DNA of 64,000 nucleotides, taken from NCBI GenBank assembly GCA_030141605.1, contig JAQGDQ010000506.1, forward strand, positions 62,001-126,000. The letters run 5' to 3'. A model generated the notes under the pieces. It was not told the origin of the DNA. It searched no databases and saw only the letters and a program-made list of their open reading frames with translations. Every line of letters begins with the position of its first letter. The stretch's first letter is position 1. A program made the translations under genes and the position numbers. Positions 52,101-64,000 of this stretch are shown in pieces. This DNA comes from Tubiluchus corallicola. Its lineage: Eukaryota > Animalia > Priapulida.

Positions 52101-54078
52101 TGTGTTCAAGTTGTTTATGTAACTCTTGATCACGTACTGCTTTAGCCTGCAGTTCTGCAGCTTTTGTACGTGTAACTGCAAAACTATCAGAGATTTGTGG
52201 ATCGCTAGACAATTTCGATTGTTCGTTGTCTGAGATTTGTGTATTATTTCCAGCTGGGCCTTCATGAAGGTTTGATTCATCATTGGGTGTAAAAGGCCTC
52301 AGTGTAGATAAATAATCATTGCCCAATAGAAGCTCTGCTGGGAGGTCAGACATCACACTAACTGTAAGCCAACCAGCGAAGTTAGGACCTACAACTTTAA
52401 TCTCTGCTGTACGACATGGCTCGACATGACCATGCACACATCTAACAGGTTTAGGGTCAGACTTCAGATACTGATCTTTATCAACAAAACGTGGGTGGAT
52501 CATAGAAACTGTGGCACCACTGTCTCTTTGCCCCAAAACAGGAATGTCATTCACAAGAGCCTCAAACATAAACGGTATATTATTAACTGGAATGTCTTGA
52601 AGTTTATTAGAACTAGTGTATGTTGATTCGTGATCACAACTACCAAACAAAGTCTTAACCGGAGTTTTATTTCTGCTGGTTTTGTTTGCCTTGTTAACAA
52701 TATTAGTTGCATTTTGCCCATTGTTATTTTGGTGATTGTTCCGCTGTGATGCTTGGCACTCTGGTCTTCTGTGACCAGGCTTACCACATTTATAACAAAC
52801 TATCTTCTGTTTGTCATCAAGTTTATTATCAGAAACGTTTACTAAGGTATTGTTATTGTAAGGTTGTTTCTGAGAAAATTTTCCTGTTTTCCAAGGAGTA
52901 AAAGAGTGATTCCTAGAGTCAGTCTCCTTGGAGCTAATAAATTTGTCAGCTTCCATGGCCATTTCAAGACCATTCTCAAATTCGTGTCTTTTTAGCCATG
53001 TGCGGACATCAGATGTTAAATTATCCATAAACTGTTCCATAGCCATGGCTTCAAAAAGCTTGGAATAGGAATCAACAGCATTAATTGCTTCACAGAAATC
53101 GGTTAATGCACGAACCACTTTTAACCAATACTGATGACATGTTTCGTTGTGACCCTTAGTAAGAGCCCTAAAGCGTTTCCGGTAAGCATCTGTTGTTAAA
53201 ATGTAAGCAGCTAAAAGAGACTTCCTTACATAAGAATAATCTTTAATATGCTCCTTAGGTATTTGCTGATATGCGTCAGCAGCTCGGCCAGATAGAGCAG
53301 GACCTAAAAGGGCAGACCAATTTGCCTCGGGAATATCATTAGATGTAGCACATGATTCAAACCAATTCAAATACCTCTGAATGTCATCAGAAGATTCACG
53401 AAAACCTCGGACTTTCATTCTATTAAATGGGTTGGTAGGTACAACAGAAGTATTTGTCAAAGCCGCACTTCTGTTTAAAAGTTCTAATTTCCTTAACTCA
53501 AATTCCATCTCTTCCTTGCGCATGCGCTCAGCACGTTCACCTTGTTCTTTTTCATGCTGCAAAATGTCACGAACCAAATCGGGATTCATACCTTGAAGAT
53601 TCTCAAGAGAAAACCCAGAAATACCACACTGTTTATCATTACCCCATCCACTGGAGGTAGGAATAACATTTTGTGCAGGTTTAAGAGCATCTTCTTCAAT
53701 ACCAACACCTTTTCCTGACTGAGAAATCTCCAGCCAAGTAGTAGAGAAAGGATCTTTTGGCTTAACACTTTGAAGAGGTGTACTAGCCTGGCCAATTTTG
53801 GAAGATTCTATAATTCGTTCAGCAACAGAACCAGGAGATCTAATTGATGTATCATGCAATGTGTCAGTTTTATCAGAATTAATAAATGTTTTTCCCTGTA
53901 GAGGAACTTGTTGCATTTTAAGAATATGCTGTTGCGCTTTAATTATATGTTCAATTAATTCTTGCTTACTGACATGCGTAACATCGACAAGTAAATGAAG
54001 TGTGCTTGCTACCCTGGAAAGTTCATCTTTTTTCATTTTATTCAACCGTGTCTTGTTGTAAATAGTTGCCTCAGCCAT
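49189..54078 (-). CDS. Gag-Pol polyprotein (SCAN-like capsid, CCHC knuckle, protease, integrase, RT, RNase H)
   Basis: CYKCGKPGHRRPEC; DSGA protease; HHCC (AHDNKMAGH...CRSCPSC); DDE integrase (MDIIGP, TDRGTQF, GLVERYN); GPY motif; RT (CVDYRALN, MPFGL, YIDD); RNase H (TDAS, ELEC, TDQ, ADALSR). Likely ATG at 54078 (MAEAT). Confidence 0.95.
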   Translation of the reverse strand: MAEATIYNKTRLNKMKKDELSRVASTLHLLVDVTHVSKQELIEHIIKAQQHILKMQQVPLQGKTFINSDKTDTLHDTSIRSPGSVAERIIESSKIGQASTPLQSVKPKDPFSTTWLEISQSGKGVGIEEDALKPAQNVIPTSSGWGNDKQCGISGFSLENLQGMNPDLVRDILQHEKEQGERAERMRKEEMEFELRKLELLNRSAALTNTSVVPTNPFNRMKVRGFRESSDDIQRYLNWFESCATSNDIPEANWSALLGPALSGRAADAYQQIPKEHIKDYSYVRKSLLAAYILTTDAYRKRFRALTKGHNETCHQYWLKVVRALTDFCEAINAVDSYSKLFEAMAMEQFMDNLTSDVRTWLKRHEFENGLEMAMEADKFISSKETDSRNHSFTPWKTGKFSQKQPYNNNTLVNVSDNKLDDKQKIVCYKCGKPGHRRPECQASQRNNHQNNNGQNATNIVNKANKTSRNKTPVKTLFGSCDHESTYTSSNKLQDIPVNNIPFMFEALVNDIPVLGQRDSGATVSMIHPRFVDKDQYLKSDPKPVRCVHGHVEPCRTAEIKVVGPNFAGWLTVSVMSDLPAELLLGNDYLSTLRPFTPNDESNLHEGPAGNNTQISDNEQSKLSSDPQISDSFAVTRTKAAELQAKAVRDQELHKQLEHSTYSTQEHSNLEQFKQEQAQLITVSFEQLKQEQHNDPSLANYIDHATTFEIAEQNGKGYFLKDGMLYYLCKHTKAGKPRELLVLPKSRRRQVLEIAHDNKMAGHLGIRKTADRILMEYIWPKIKHAVRGYCRSCPSCQKNGRLQRGDRLPLRPLPIPKQPFFRIGMDIIGPLSRTPDGNKYALVIVDHATRYPDCYPIPNIETTTILNKLVEFCCRYGIPKEILTDRGTQFTSKLTQQLEEQLGVKGIYTSAYAPSTNGLVERYNSTLKASIRKLIQDHPHLPWDLAIPFVLFAYREVPQESTHYSPNELVFGYPLRGPLAMLKERWGCEKLPELEDVDDYVSRIINTLDETLEDAHNSLRRAKLAQKSWFDRVSKQRSFNIGDKVLVQRMKKGSKMATTWRGPYPIVDKLSECTYRVKLGKPGSRRSLSTFHANRLKAYIDREEELVLMALHNEDRDDASINWQEVEETCNKIGSGKTEACDLPEYAFFPTAVATQSVEDVELPDYLSEEAKEQMRNIFHSYPQMFTDLPGRTKLVQHYINLHDKTPVQQHSYRVPQARLDIIRKEIKDMLDLGVIRRSDSEYSSPMLVVPKPPMDGVSQWRPCVDYRALNKRTIFSPYPTPRPDDMIDDLHGAKWISTLDLSKAYWQIELAPESQPVSAFVTNFGKFEFTVMPFGLMNAAASAQSLIDRILDPVSYCSSGYIDDVIIKSPNWTDHLKHVDYTLYNIRKAGVTVKPKKCHFAQQEVEFLGYVVGKNRLKPQLSKVERIRQFLRPQTKTQVRRFLGMVSFYRRFIPHFSSIAAPLHALTEKYAPVQVEWTEATESSFRQLQDALSSESVLHSPDFTKPFYLTTDASFIGLGAVLSQDKGDGLAEVPITYISRKLTQPETRYSVVELECLSVVFSVEKLRYYLEGRHFTVRTDQCSLLALDKMKTKNRRLCHWALKLSEYAFDIEHVPGCENRVADALSRL

Positions 54079-54735
54079 TCTGCATGAAAACGCACAACTT
54101 TTAAACAAATAAGATCACTTTAATCACACTTGCGCGTATGTACACCAAAAAATTATCAAACAGTCATGCATAATGTCAACCACCGCTTGAAAGGTCGCGC
54201 ATAATTAATATCCGTACGAAAAGTATATTCTGCTACTGTCAGTAGCATACGACTCGTATGTGCGCCGCACTCAAGAGAGCAGAAATAATTCAAGAAAAAG
54301 AACAATAGCGGGCGAGCTAAATTATGGGCACTCAACCCCAACCTCAAGGAAAACTAAAAAATGCTCTACAAACAGTCTCAAAATTTTATAAGTATGGAAC
54401 TACACTGGAAATTCCCTACATAGAATTGCGAGCTGTAGGCTTTTCAATTACAGCAAACTTCTAAGCCAATAAATCAAGAACATATTTGGACTGAAAATAT
54501 CAACAAATTTGTCCTATACAGTTAACGAAAGTAATAAATTTGGCTTCCTGGGTCTGTACGCAAAGCTCTAGTTTAACGCAACTATATAGCAAAATACTGT
54601 ATTGTGCTACAAACAGGAAACGATTTCAAAACGTAAACAATTCACGTAAATACATTAAGCACAATTTTAGGCCACTCAGTCATAAAATCCAGTAACAACC
54701 AGTAAACAAACCGTTATCACCAAAAAACTACTGGT

Positions 54736-54749
54736 AACTTCTGACACCA
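54736..54749 (-). promoter_or_regulatory. Primer-binding site complementary to the tRNA-Leu 3' end
   Basis: Minus strand just after the 5' LTR reads TGGTGTCAGAAGT, complementary to ...ACUUCUGACACCA of animal tRNA-Leu. Confidence 0.8.
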
Positions 54750-54751
54750 AT

Positions 54752-55932
54752 TGTGACGACCACTGGCACCATTTTTGACTCTCTATGGTGTATTGTATAA
54801 AAGAATAAATAGTTTTGTCAGGAATGCAAAATAGGGGTTGCCTTTTACTTTATCCGAGCACGCCAGAGTTCATCACATGTGGATAAAAACAATTTTTAAT
54901 ACTAATTTTTTTTAAGGCAAGGGGTTTTTATCCAGACTTTTTTAACGAGGGTCCTAGTAGTTTGATTAAAACTGATGCTATTTTAGGCCATTATAATTTG
55001 TACTTAGAAATGACGAGGACGAACAGGAGGACAAACAAACGTGATTGCTTTGTTTATAAAAAAACGTGTAAAAATTATTTAGTGGTAATTTCAAAAATAA
55101 TATTTCTACAAATCACTTACATACATACATATAACGCAAGAATTCAGTTAACCCCATCCCAGGTATAATAGGAAGAGAGGAGAGGATAATTACCGAAGAG
55201 TTCCATTGTCGCTGCAGCTGTACCAATGGGCTAGCCTCAGGTCGTGATACCGTGGGTCCAGTTATCCAGGATCACATCTCAAGAATCAAGAAACCACACT
55301 GCTGGGGCTCACGCATTGCAGACTCCACCACCAGGGTGTTAGAAACAAGGATCCAGGGTCTCGAAACGTCTCCGTTTACTCCTATACTGTAGGAGTCAGC
55401 AAATGACGGAGGAAAGGAGAAAAGTTCCTCGTTCCCAGTCTTCAACTAGGCAACCTCCTTAGGCAGTTCCAAACTCCACCCAACAACCGTCATGATCTAC
55501 GTGGCCAGATTACGAACACGACGAAGTTTCCTGCATACTAGTAACACTGCCTAGGAACCGTCTGGTTTCCTCTCAGAGAAATTTGATTACACTGAGAACA
55601 CCAAAACTAGCGAACTCATTATGAGATCTCAAAAGTTACGAGACCTCAAACCTGCTGCAACAAAACGCGTAGCTTCAAAAACAGCTCAAACCCGCAATGG
55701 CGGCAATAAGGAAAAATCACGGTTCAATGCTTTTCCAGGAGCGCGAAAATTATCCTGTAACCATTCAAGACATGTGACAGGAAGATCGCCATCAAACAGG
55801 GAAAAGGGGAGAGGTATTAAAGGATGGGCAGAAAACCAACCCAAACATAAAAAAGAAATGAATATTTTATTTGGAGTACAAAATGAACTTTAGCATAATT
55901 TTAATACGGACGAGGACGTCTGTGACGTCACA
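54752..55932 (-). repeat. 5' LTR
   Basis: Direct repeat of 47084-48265, adjacent to the PBS. Confidence 0.95.
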
Positions 55933-55989
55933 ACAAGAAAGTATTAACATTATGCACTCTCCAAAAGTTTAGGAAATAAGCCCACCTGC

Positions 55990-56240
55990 TGTCCATCTTG
56001 CTAGAACACATGAACTTATGCACATCTGTTCAATGGAAAATAGGATAGGCAGTTAAAAAATGCAACAAAATTTTAAACTTACTACTTTTGTGGCTCTTCG
56101 TGGTGTAGGAGAGAAATCTGCATTCACCTCCATCAGTTCTGAACTCCCCTATTTCAATATCTTCTTTTCTCGCGCATATACTGCAATAATTAAGATGTAA
56201 TTATTACAAATATGCGAATACACTTACTGTGTGAATTGCT
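55990..56240. repeat. Dispersed ~250-bp repeat with a diverged copy at ~57630-57870
   Basis: Shared ttcaatg(g)aaaataggataggc...gtggctcttcgtg...ttttctcgcgcata.actgcaataat. Confidence 0.6.
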
Positions 56241-57145
56241 CGAGACAAACGCCCAAAGGCAGCCAAGAAAATCTAAACATTATGCGTTGAAAAAAGTTTT
56301 TAAACTTTACTATGTTAACCGTACCTGCTTGTCCTTCTTGCTGGAAGGCACTCATCACCGTCCTGTGAATACAAGGAAACCAACCACGGTACAAGTTACA
56401 AGTCCCGTTGATCCAAAAGTATCTCTACGTCTGTTTGCTTGCATTGCAAGATCTTCTGAAATTTGTGAAGCTTCTTTAAGACGTCTGTCATCCAGAACCA
56501 CAATAAGAAATGATTTGTCTCCAGAGACGCTGTTGCTACGAACTCACCAACAAGCATTTATGACATCATAACCACTTACGTCCGGATATTAGAGGGAATG
56601 TTAGCGATTAATATTAAAATATAGCATTTTTAATTAGAAAAAAACTTATTATAAGGTATAATTTTACAACTTAATCTCGTGCAACTTAGTTTTCGGCTGG
56701 AAATGGGACGGACACTAAAAACACGCGTAAGAAATGGGAAATTTATATGGCTTTATAAAACTTACTTTAATTAAAGCTGCATCAATGGCAGTAATAAGGT
56801 AATTAACCTTAGTTATAAAGTAATAAAGTAAATGAAGTAAATAAACGACAGCGGTGGTGACGACCGAAAGATAATTGTAGTGAGGGAAATGATGACGACA
56901 ATGGCGACGACAACGACGACGACGGTAACAGAAATTAAGGTGTGGTAACAATCATAACAAAATGGACCTCTAATCGGATTAGAGATCTACATACCAACCA
57001 AAAAACTGATTCAACAAGAAAACTTTTGAGTCTCGACTGTCCCAGCCCACGCCCATTCCATTACATTTGAGCTAGGGGTCTCTGTGAGTTTCATGACCCA
57101 CGGACCTGTGAGTTACGAGTCATTAAGGAAATATTAACGCACAAA

Positions 57146-57147
<2 letters not shown>

Positions 57148-57182
<35 letters not shown>

Positions 57183-57327
57183 CATAATCATAATCATAAT
57201 CATAATCATAATCATAATCATAATCATAATCATAATCATAATCATAATCATAATCATAATCATAATCATAATCATAATCATAATCATAATCATAATCATA
57301 ATCATAATCATAATCATAATCATAATC

Positions 57328-57400
<73 letters not shown>
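57148..57400. repeat. (AAT)n/(ATCATA)n microsatellite
   Basis: Direct reading. Confidence 0.95.
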
Positions 57401-57401
<1 letters not shown>

Positions 57402-58035
57402 TGGCCGTATAACAAAAAGATTCTACGATGTAGCAAAGTCTTAATAATTTACTAATACAGTCACTACATGTGGCAAGTCAAGTACTGTAAAACTAATGCT
57501 TGTTCTTGTTTACTTAAGAAATGACTACTTTTTATGTTCCTGGATCAACGTGACCAACTCATGTCCTCACACACGAGTATGGACATGAAAATTTTAGATG
57601 CATAATCACTCGCGATGAACATCCAAACACAACTTACTGAAACACATGAAGTTATGCACGTCATTTCAATGAAAATAGGATAGGCTGTTTAAAATGGAAT
57701 AAAATTTTTTAACTTTTCACTTCGGTGGCTCTTCGTGATGTATGAGAAACATCTACATTCGTCTCAGCTATTTCAGAACTCCTGTGTTTTCTATCACTTT
57801 TTTTCTCGCGCATAAACTGCAATAATCCAGAGTTAGTAATTAAAAATAAGCTAATACAATCACTGTATGAGTATCGTCATGTCAAAAAGCCTAATCATTG
57901 TTTAATTTACTAGAAAATGTCTAGGCTATTTTTGTGTTTTTGAGATTACGTGATCAATTCCTGCTTTGGAAACTTAAGTTACGTAAGTGTGGACGTGGCA
58001 TTGTGAACCTAGACAAGATAACTAGAACGAAGACA

Positions 58036-58211
58036 ACATAACATGACATGACATGACATGACATGACATGACATAACATACCATGACATGACATGACATG
58101 ACATGACATGACATGACATGACATGACATGACATGACATGACATGACATGACATGACATAACATAACATAACATAACATAACATAACATAACATAACATA
58201 ACATAACATAA
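58036..58211. repeat. (CATGA)n/(CATAA)n pentanucleotide microsatellite
   Basis: Direct reading. Confidence 0.95.
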
Positions 58212-59137
58212 TATAATATAATAGTCATAGGGAAATGATATGCCTGTGTAAAACCTACTCTAGTTAAAGCTAATCTAACGTAAACAACCAAACAAATGCT
58301 ACATTAGAAAACGAAAGGATAATTTAATTTACAAAACTTAAGAAAAATGGCAATATATAGTCATTCTTTGATCTCAAGTAATTAATTATTATAATTGTAA
58401 TGATACAGTTTATCAATTCTTTATAACAATGACACGTAGGTCTGAAATTAACCACTCTAATTACAAAATAGAAAATTTTTTGACGTATTTTATTCTTACC
58501 TAATGCCAGATGCTGTATGATTTCTTTCTAGTGAATGAGCCAAAGTGTTGCTTCAGCAAGACAGTTAGAAAAACAGTTTCAACTGCCTCAAAGATTAAGT
58601 AAAAATGTATAAAAGTTCTTTGAGCAGTAAGTTTAAAGCGCAGAAGTTTTTGAACTAGATTGCACACAAAAGAAGGCGGCTAAAGAAACAACAAATATAC
58701 AAATAAACTGCGCGAGTTTCAAGAAGATTTCGCTAATCTTAATGATTAATATATCAATAACAACGGTAATGATAATGAGACAACGATGATGATCATAGTA
58801 ATAAAGATGATAACGGTGTCGATAACAATCACAGTCACGATGACATTTATTTATTTATTTCACATGAATAGTATATTATACTAGTGATGATGATGTTGAT
58901 TATGACAGGATCACTAAGATTAGAGACCTGTAGACCAAACCTGAACAATTGATTCACAAGGAGAATTCCTTAAACACAAATATACTTCAAAACTGCTGAT
59001 AAAAACAGATGTAACTTGCGATCTATAAAGTCTTAATAAACATGGCAGTACGGGGAAATAAACAAGAAGATTTGCATTTATATCTAAACAACAAATAGAA
59101 ATAACAAAAAATAGCATCTTGTTTACGCCACTAGATA

Positions 59138-59695
59138 GGGGAGACCCGGTTAAAGTGGATCACTTAAGGGCTTTCGCTCATAGAGTTCAAGACGTTTGAT
59201 CTGTAACAATCAATTACATGTCCTATTCTTCCGTAGGAAACTCTGCTATATTCGTGTGGTTAAAACTTATAATTACTATTACTCGTTTAACATATAATTC
59301 CGAAATACGAAACCAAAATTTCTAGGGCAAAGTGGATCTTTTACGGGCATAGTGGATCATACCGGAGCGGTTGGGCTCAACTAACTAACAATAGCTTTTA
59401 AATCGATTTTGTTTATTTTGCAAAAGTAAATTGATATGAAGCAGCAATGATGCATCATATGTAAAAACAGTAGCGAATAAATCTGCACTAATTGGAATTT
59501 ATCATCTGTAAAAGTGAAAAGTCGCAAGAAAGTGGGCGAAAAACTTATTTTTGTGTACCGCGCTTAGACAAACTTAGAGTACACAGTAGATGATGACGTA
59601 AAATCACACAGTGCGTAGACCACGACGCCTTACGGAAAAAGAGCAAGCACATTTGATCCGCTTTGCCCAGTGATCCACTTTACCCGGGTCTCCCC
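59138..59695. mobile_element. MITE with ~27-bp TIRs and TA flanks
   Basis: TA|GGGGAGACCCGGTTAAAGTGGATCACT ... AGTGATCCACTTTACCCGGGTCTCCCC|TA, with internal subterminal copies of gggcaaagtggatc. Confidence 0.85.
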
Positions 59696-60098
59696 TAAAT
59701 AGTTTAGGCTTGAAAGAATTTGCGTACTTGACAAATTATGCAGAGGAGGGGAACTAAACCAAGCTCTCTTTGCATCGTCGCTTCAAAGCTCCTTGCGTTT
59801 CCAATTCCCCACATGAACTTGAAGTGCCGCCACTAATAATTTCTTACTTTCGTACTGAAACAATTTAGCACTAATTAGTAACTAATAGCGTGAAGCTATG
59901 TTAGTTTGCTTAATTGAAGCTTTTGAAGGATTTTGTCCTTTTCGCGTCTAACACATCCAAAATTTACCTTCCTCAACAGATGTGCAGATTCAAAAGCTGG
60001 TAACCACGGAGGTTTGCTGCCAATCTTTATGACGTCACTGAACAGGGCAATATTATATTTAGCTGTCTTTTAACGTATCTATTAAGTTTAGGCATTAA

Positions 60099-60444
60099 TC
60101 CTTTCATACCCGTTGTATCCCGTGGGATACGAGAATATTTTCTGCTTTTAAAATTAATAAAATTTTAAAACTGACATTTATTTGATCTGTTAATAGTTAT
60201 TTTGATTTAAGCCAATAACAATAGACTAAAAAAGGTGATAAAATGGCAAACTAAAAAATCTACATAGCTAAATGGCAAAATGAAGCACATTTTATGCTTC
60301 AATTGAATCCCAATGTATCCCGCGGGATACAGGCGGGCACAGGTAGAAAAAATAATTATTATGTGTAAACAAGATGGACATACTGAACAAAAGTACAAAG
60401 CCAAACAATTTTTGTTATTAAAAAATAATTTGGGACTGAAAGGG
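60099..60444. mobile_element. piggyBac-like MITE
   Basis: TTAA|TCCTTTCATACCC ... GGGACTGAAAGGG|TTAA; internal palindromes gtatcccg(t/c)gggatac occur twice. Confidence 0.7.
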
Positions 60445-61089
60445 TTAAGGGTGCTCTGCCGGAGTCAATAAGGTCTTTCAGATGACCTTCTGTGGTGGCG
60501 TAACTACGCATTTGCGGGGATGGGACCGCGTAAGTAAAGTGGCCCGCAATGATGAACGAATTAATCATATTTCACGGGGATTTGCTACGCAAAACCATTT
60601 TCAACGGGATTACAAGTTAAGAGTAACAGCGATTACGATTAAATTTAGGCTATCATAATCAACACACGACATTCCTCCCTTTAGTTAAGTCGCAAGGTAA
60701 CAGCTGCATAGTCGTGTTAACGAAGTAGATTCGTTGCGGCTGTTAAGAAATCAGACTGCATGAAAACACCACCGTAGGAGCTAAATAAGATGGGTTGCAT
60801 GCCTCTTTGATTCAATATCATAGTGAGTTCATCTTCTTATTGCGAATTTAAAAAATAAAAACTAAAGAATAAGAATGAGAAAGAGTAACGAGTCAGTAAA
60901 TGTACAGTTTTTTAGTTTGCATTCTACTTATATACATCAACTTTATTTAGCGGAAAAAAATCTCACTAAAATAAATTTTTAATATCATTATTAATATTTT
61001 TTGAAGACAGAATTTTTTATTGAAACTATGTTTAAACATCTGCTACCGGTTTTGAATTACCTCCTCATTTTCGCATGCGATCATGTACT

Positions 61090-61315
61090 CTATATGAGTG
61101 AATGCGCCACAAGTGCCTGTGGTGTGCTAAAAGTACACAGACGCAAATGCGATACATTGCCAATCCGTTTTGACATAATAATACATGCATTAGAGCATGA
61201 GATCATGTGCTATATAAGAGTGAATGCGCCACAAGTGCTTGTGGTGTGCTAAAAGTACACAGATACATTGCCAATCCGTTTTGACATAGTAATACATGTA
61301 TTAGAGCATGAGATT
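61090..61315. repeat. Two-copy ~120-bp tandem duplication
   Basis: gagtgaatgcgccacaagtgc...ttagagcatgagat repeated. Confidence 0.8.
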
Positions 61316-61939
61316 ACAAGGCACTTTTACATGTTGTCTCTACGGACTAGGTGATGTCAATTTTTGTAACTCTACACGTTTTGTGAGCCACAAGCTAACA
61401 TTTTATTCAAAACTCCATATTCTTAAAACCAATGACATTAAAAATGCATGTTTTTGTACAGGTCCTCAAATAATTTATTGCCAAATATTTTTTTACCATG
61501 TTTTAATTGTAGCAAAGTCATTCATAAGTATAAATTAGGCAGACAAATGATCGATTGCCTTGTTGCTAATTGGAAAACTAATATAATGAACATTGTAGTG
61601 ACATATAATGGTGCCATCAAATGAAATTTAATAGTCGATTAAATAATAAACAACATTAAATGTAATAAATAATAAAATAATAATTTTGTTAAAAATTTCC
61701 AACGTTTTAAAGGTAGCAGAAACAACATTACTTAGTAGCCATTAAACGTGATTTTATTTTGGTGTATAAATAAATATTTGTATATGATATGTATTTTGTT
61801 ACTAATTAAGTCACTCAAAATTTCTTTGTCTGCTCGCACGAACGTCAGAAGTTAAACTCTGTGTTGAACAAAGGTGTGACAAAAACTACGTTCAGTAAAC
61901 TATTACTATTTAGAATAATAAATAAAAATAATAAAAGTT

Positions 61940-61958
61940 TTACTTACTTGCTTGCTTG

Positions 61959-62037
<79 letters not shown>

Positions 62038-62219
62038 GCTTACTTACTACTTACCTACTTACTTACTTACTTACTTACTTGCTTACTTACTACTTACCTA
62101 CTTACTAGCTTACTTACTTACCTACTTACTTACTTACTTACTGACTGACTGACTGACTGACTGACTGACTGACTGACTGACTGACTGACTGACTGACTGA
62201 CTGACTGACTGACTGACTG

Positions 62220-62259
<40 letters not shown>

Positions 62260-62435
62260 TACTACCTACCTACCTACCTACCTACCTACCTACCTACCTA
62301 CCTAACTACCTACCTACCTACTTACTTACTTACTTATTTACTTACTTACTCACTCACTCACTCACTCACTCACTCACTCACTCACTCACTCACTCACTCA
62401 CTCACTCACTCACTCACTCACTCACTCACTCACTT
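61940..62435. repeat. Compound tetranucleotide microsatellite (TTAC)n-(CTGA)n-(CTAC)n-(CTCA)n
   Basis: Direct reading. Confidence 0.95.
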
Positions 62436-64000
62436 ATTTCGGCTTTGTTTTTGGAGAGGGGTAATTTGAAATTAGTGAAGGTATTTCTAATCTAATTTTA
62501 AGATACCACCGGAGACACTATAAACCTAGTTTACATGTACACCCGGTAACTTAATACTGAGTTTGAATTACTGGAGGGTATAAAGAATAAGGGGTGAATT
62601 TAAACTGGTACGTCTGTGACTAAGGCAAGATCCGGAGCACGTATTTGCTGAGGAGGCCATTTTAATGCAGTTACGCCACTGGGTGTTTATGTAGCATAAA
62701 TGTTGAAATGAAAAGCAGTGAAAAGAAACAGTCCCTTAAAAGCACGAAAATTATTACAGGGTATTTTTACTAGAAATGAGAAGGTGTTTAGCACAATATG
62801 CTAAATGAATAAATTGATATCAGAATGCGAGGTGAGTACAGTTACGGAATGGTTACGGAATGCGTGTCTAACGAGCAAAGTTAAGCAACGCCGCTAGTGG
62901 TCAGTATACAGACAGCGTGAAATGGGCTAACGTCGGACAATGAGCTTGGACTTTTTGTTAAAAATATCAAAGTCGTATATAAACTATTGCTTTCTCTGTT
63001 TTCTTAATAAAGGAGGGGTAAGGTAGAGTCCACATTACTTTGATATTGCTAGTAAAAATCTCGCTTGTGCATGACATTTTACTGGTGGTCACCAAGACTA
63101 TTTTGGGGCAGTTATATCAACTATGTCGCCGAGCGTTTCAAATTCAATATTTCAAATTCTACGTTTTTGTTGGTTAGAGAGATGAGAGCACGAGGTAAAG
63201 GTAGTGGAAGTGGTGCTGACGAGCCACTGGCGTAGCAGTGTCTAGTTTCTTGCTGGATTACTGCTGTGTTTACCTGTCTAAAGGCGGATTTCTTTTATTT
63301 TAGAATTCTGCCTGCCCACTGTCTACAATAGACGTGACGGGCGTATGATGATGATGATGATGATGATGGACGAGGTAAAAGTGCGCAATGTTTTGATCAT
63401 CTTTTTTAAAATACCAAAATTTGCGAAATTAAAAGCCGAAAGATTAATCGGACAATAAAAGATGAACTAGAATATTCAGTCTGAAATAGTTTAATTTATG
63501 TCCGCTACAAACTATTCTGTCTCCGGACCAAAATAGATTCCGGTCCAACCACAATCATCTGCTGTGCTTGCAGAGCGCCGAAATGTACAGAAATGAATCT
63601 CATACACAATCTCTGTGGCTCGAAGCGGGACAACATGGTTTTACGATTAAAATTTACGAAGCATTTTTTAATTTAAAAATTTGCAAGGTCACTCTTCAAA
63701 GCCTGACAAGCTTTACTTGCTGGCTGACACATGAACCAGAATCTATACTTGCGGGCAAACACCCTGGTTGGCATCCTTCTGTCTCTGAAGACAATGGAGT
63801 GTGCGCCAAGAGAGTCAGTTATTGATCACATTGATGGAGCTGCAGCGTCGACTGTGGCTGAGCAGTCCGATCCTTGAACCACTGGACTGGCCTGTCCAGG
63901 GCGCACGCCTGGGCAAGCTGTACGGAGATCCTGGGTTGCCCATACCGCAGGAACCCCCTCTCTTCCTCCCTGGTGTAGTCCAAAGGAAAGCGATACGTTT

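Larger units (their letters stand above)
47084..55932 (-). mobile_element. Full-length Ty3/Gypsy LTR retrotransposon of the Gmr1-like type (~8.85 kb)
   Basis: Two ~1.18-kb direct LTRs with TGTGACG...CGTCACA ends, PBS, PPT and an intact gag-pol ORF with integrase upstream of RT. Confidence 0.95.

Noticed and set aside
63700-64000. GC-rich stretch at the window end
   Set aside because: Possibly a retroelement or exon fragment, but no frame gives a recognisable motif and it is truncated by the window.

Overview
AT-rich, microsatellite-laden eukaryotic DNA with GT-AG introns, most likely from an invertebrate animal; the taxon cannot be fixed from the sequence. The left 37 kb is a partly triplicated locus centred on an intact, single-ORF 1086-aa gene fusing about 16-17 ankyrin repeats to a Mab-21/cGAS-like nucleotidyltransferase (cGLR; GS...DEYD...D catalytic motif intact). 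Seven of its ankyrin repeats are near-identical 99-bp modules that vary mainly at predicted binding-surface positions. Two downstream paralogs keep only the ankyrin part: one is an open 176-aa ORF, the other is frameshifted. Between copies 1 and 2 lies a ~1.7-kb tandem repeat built from exon-like non-coding cassettes, and a ~335-bp-arm foldback sits just upstream of copy 2. Further right are a two-exon LRR transmembrane gene (- strand) and a rhodopsin-family GPCR. The GPCR start is amplified 12-fold as an 81-bp repeat, and its ECL2/TM5 region is replaced by a (GA)n tract. Then come a LINE fragment and a full-length Gmr1-type Ty3/Gypsy LTR retrotransposon (gag-PR-IN-RT-RH order, intact ORF, tRNA-Leu PBS). 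MITEs, Helitron-like ends, cbEGF pseudo-exons and many mini/microsatellites fill the rest. All family calls come from motif reading by eye, not database searches.
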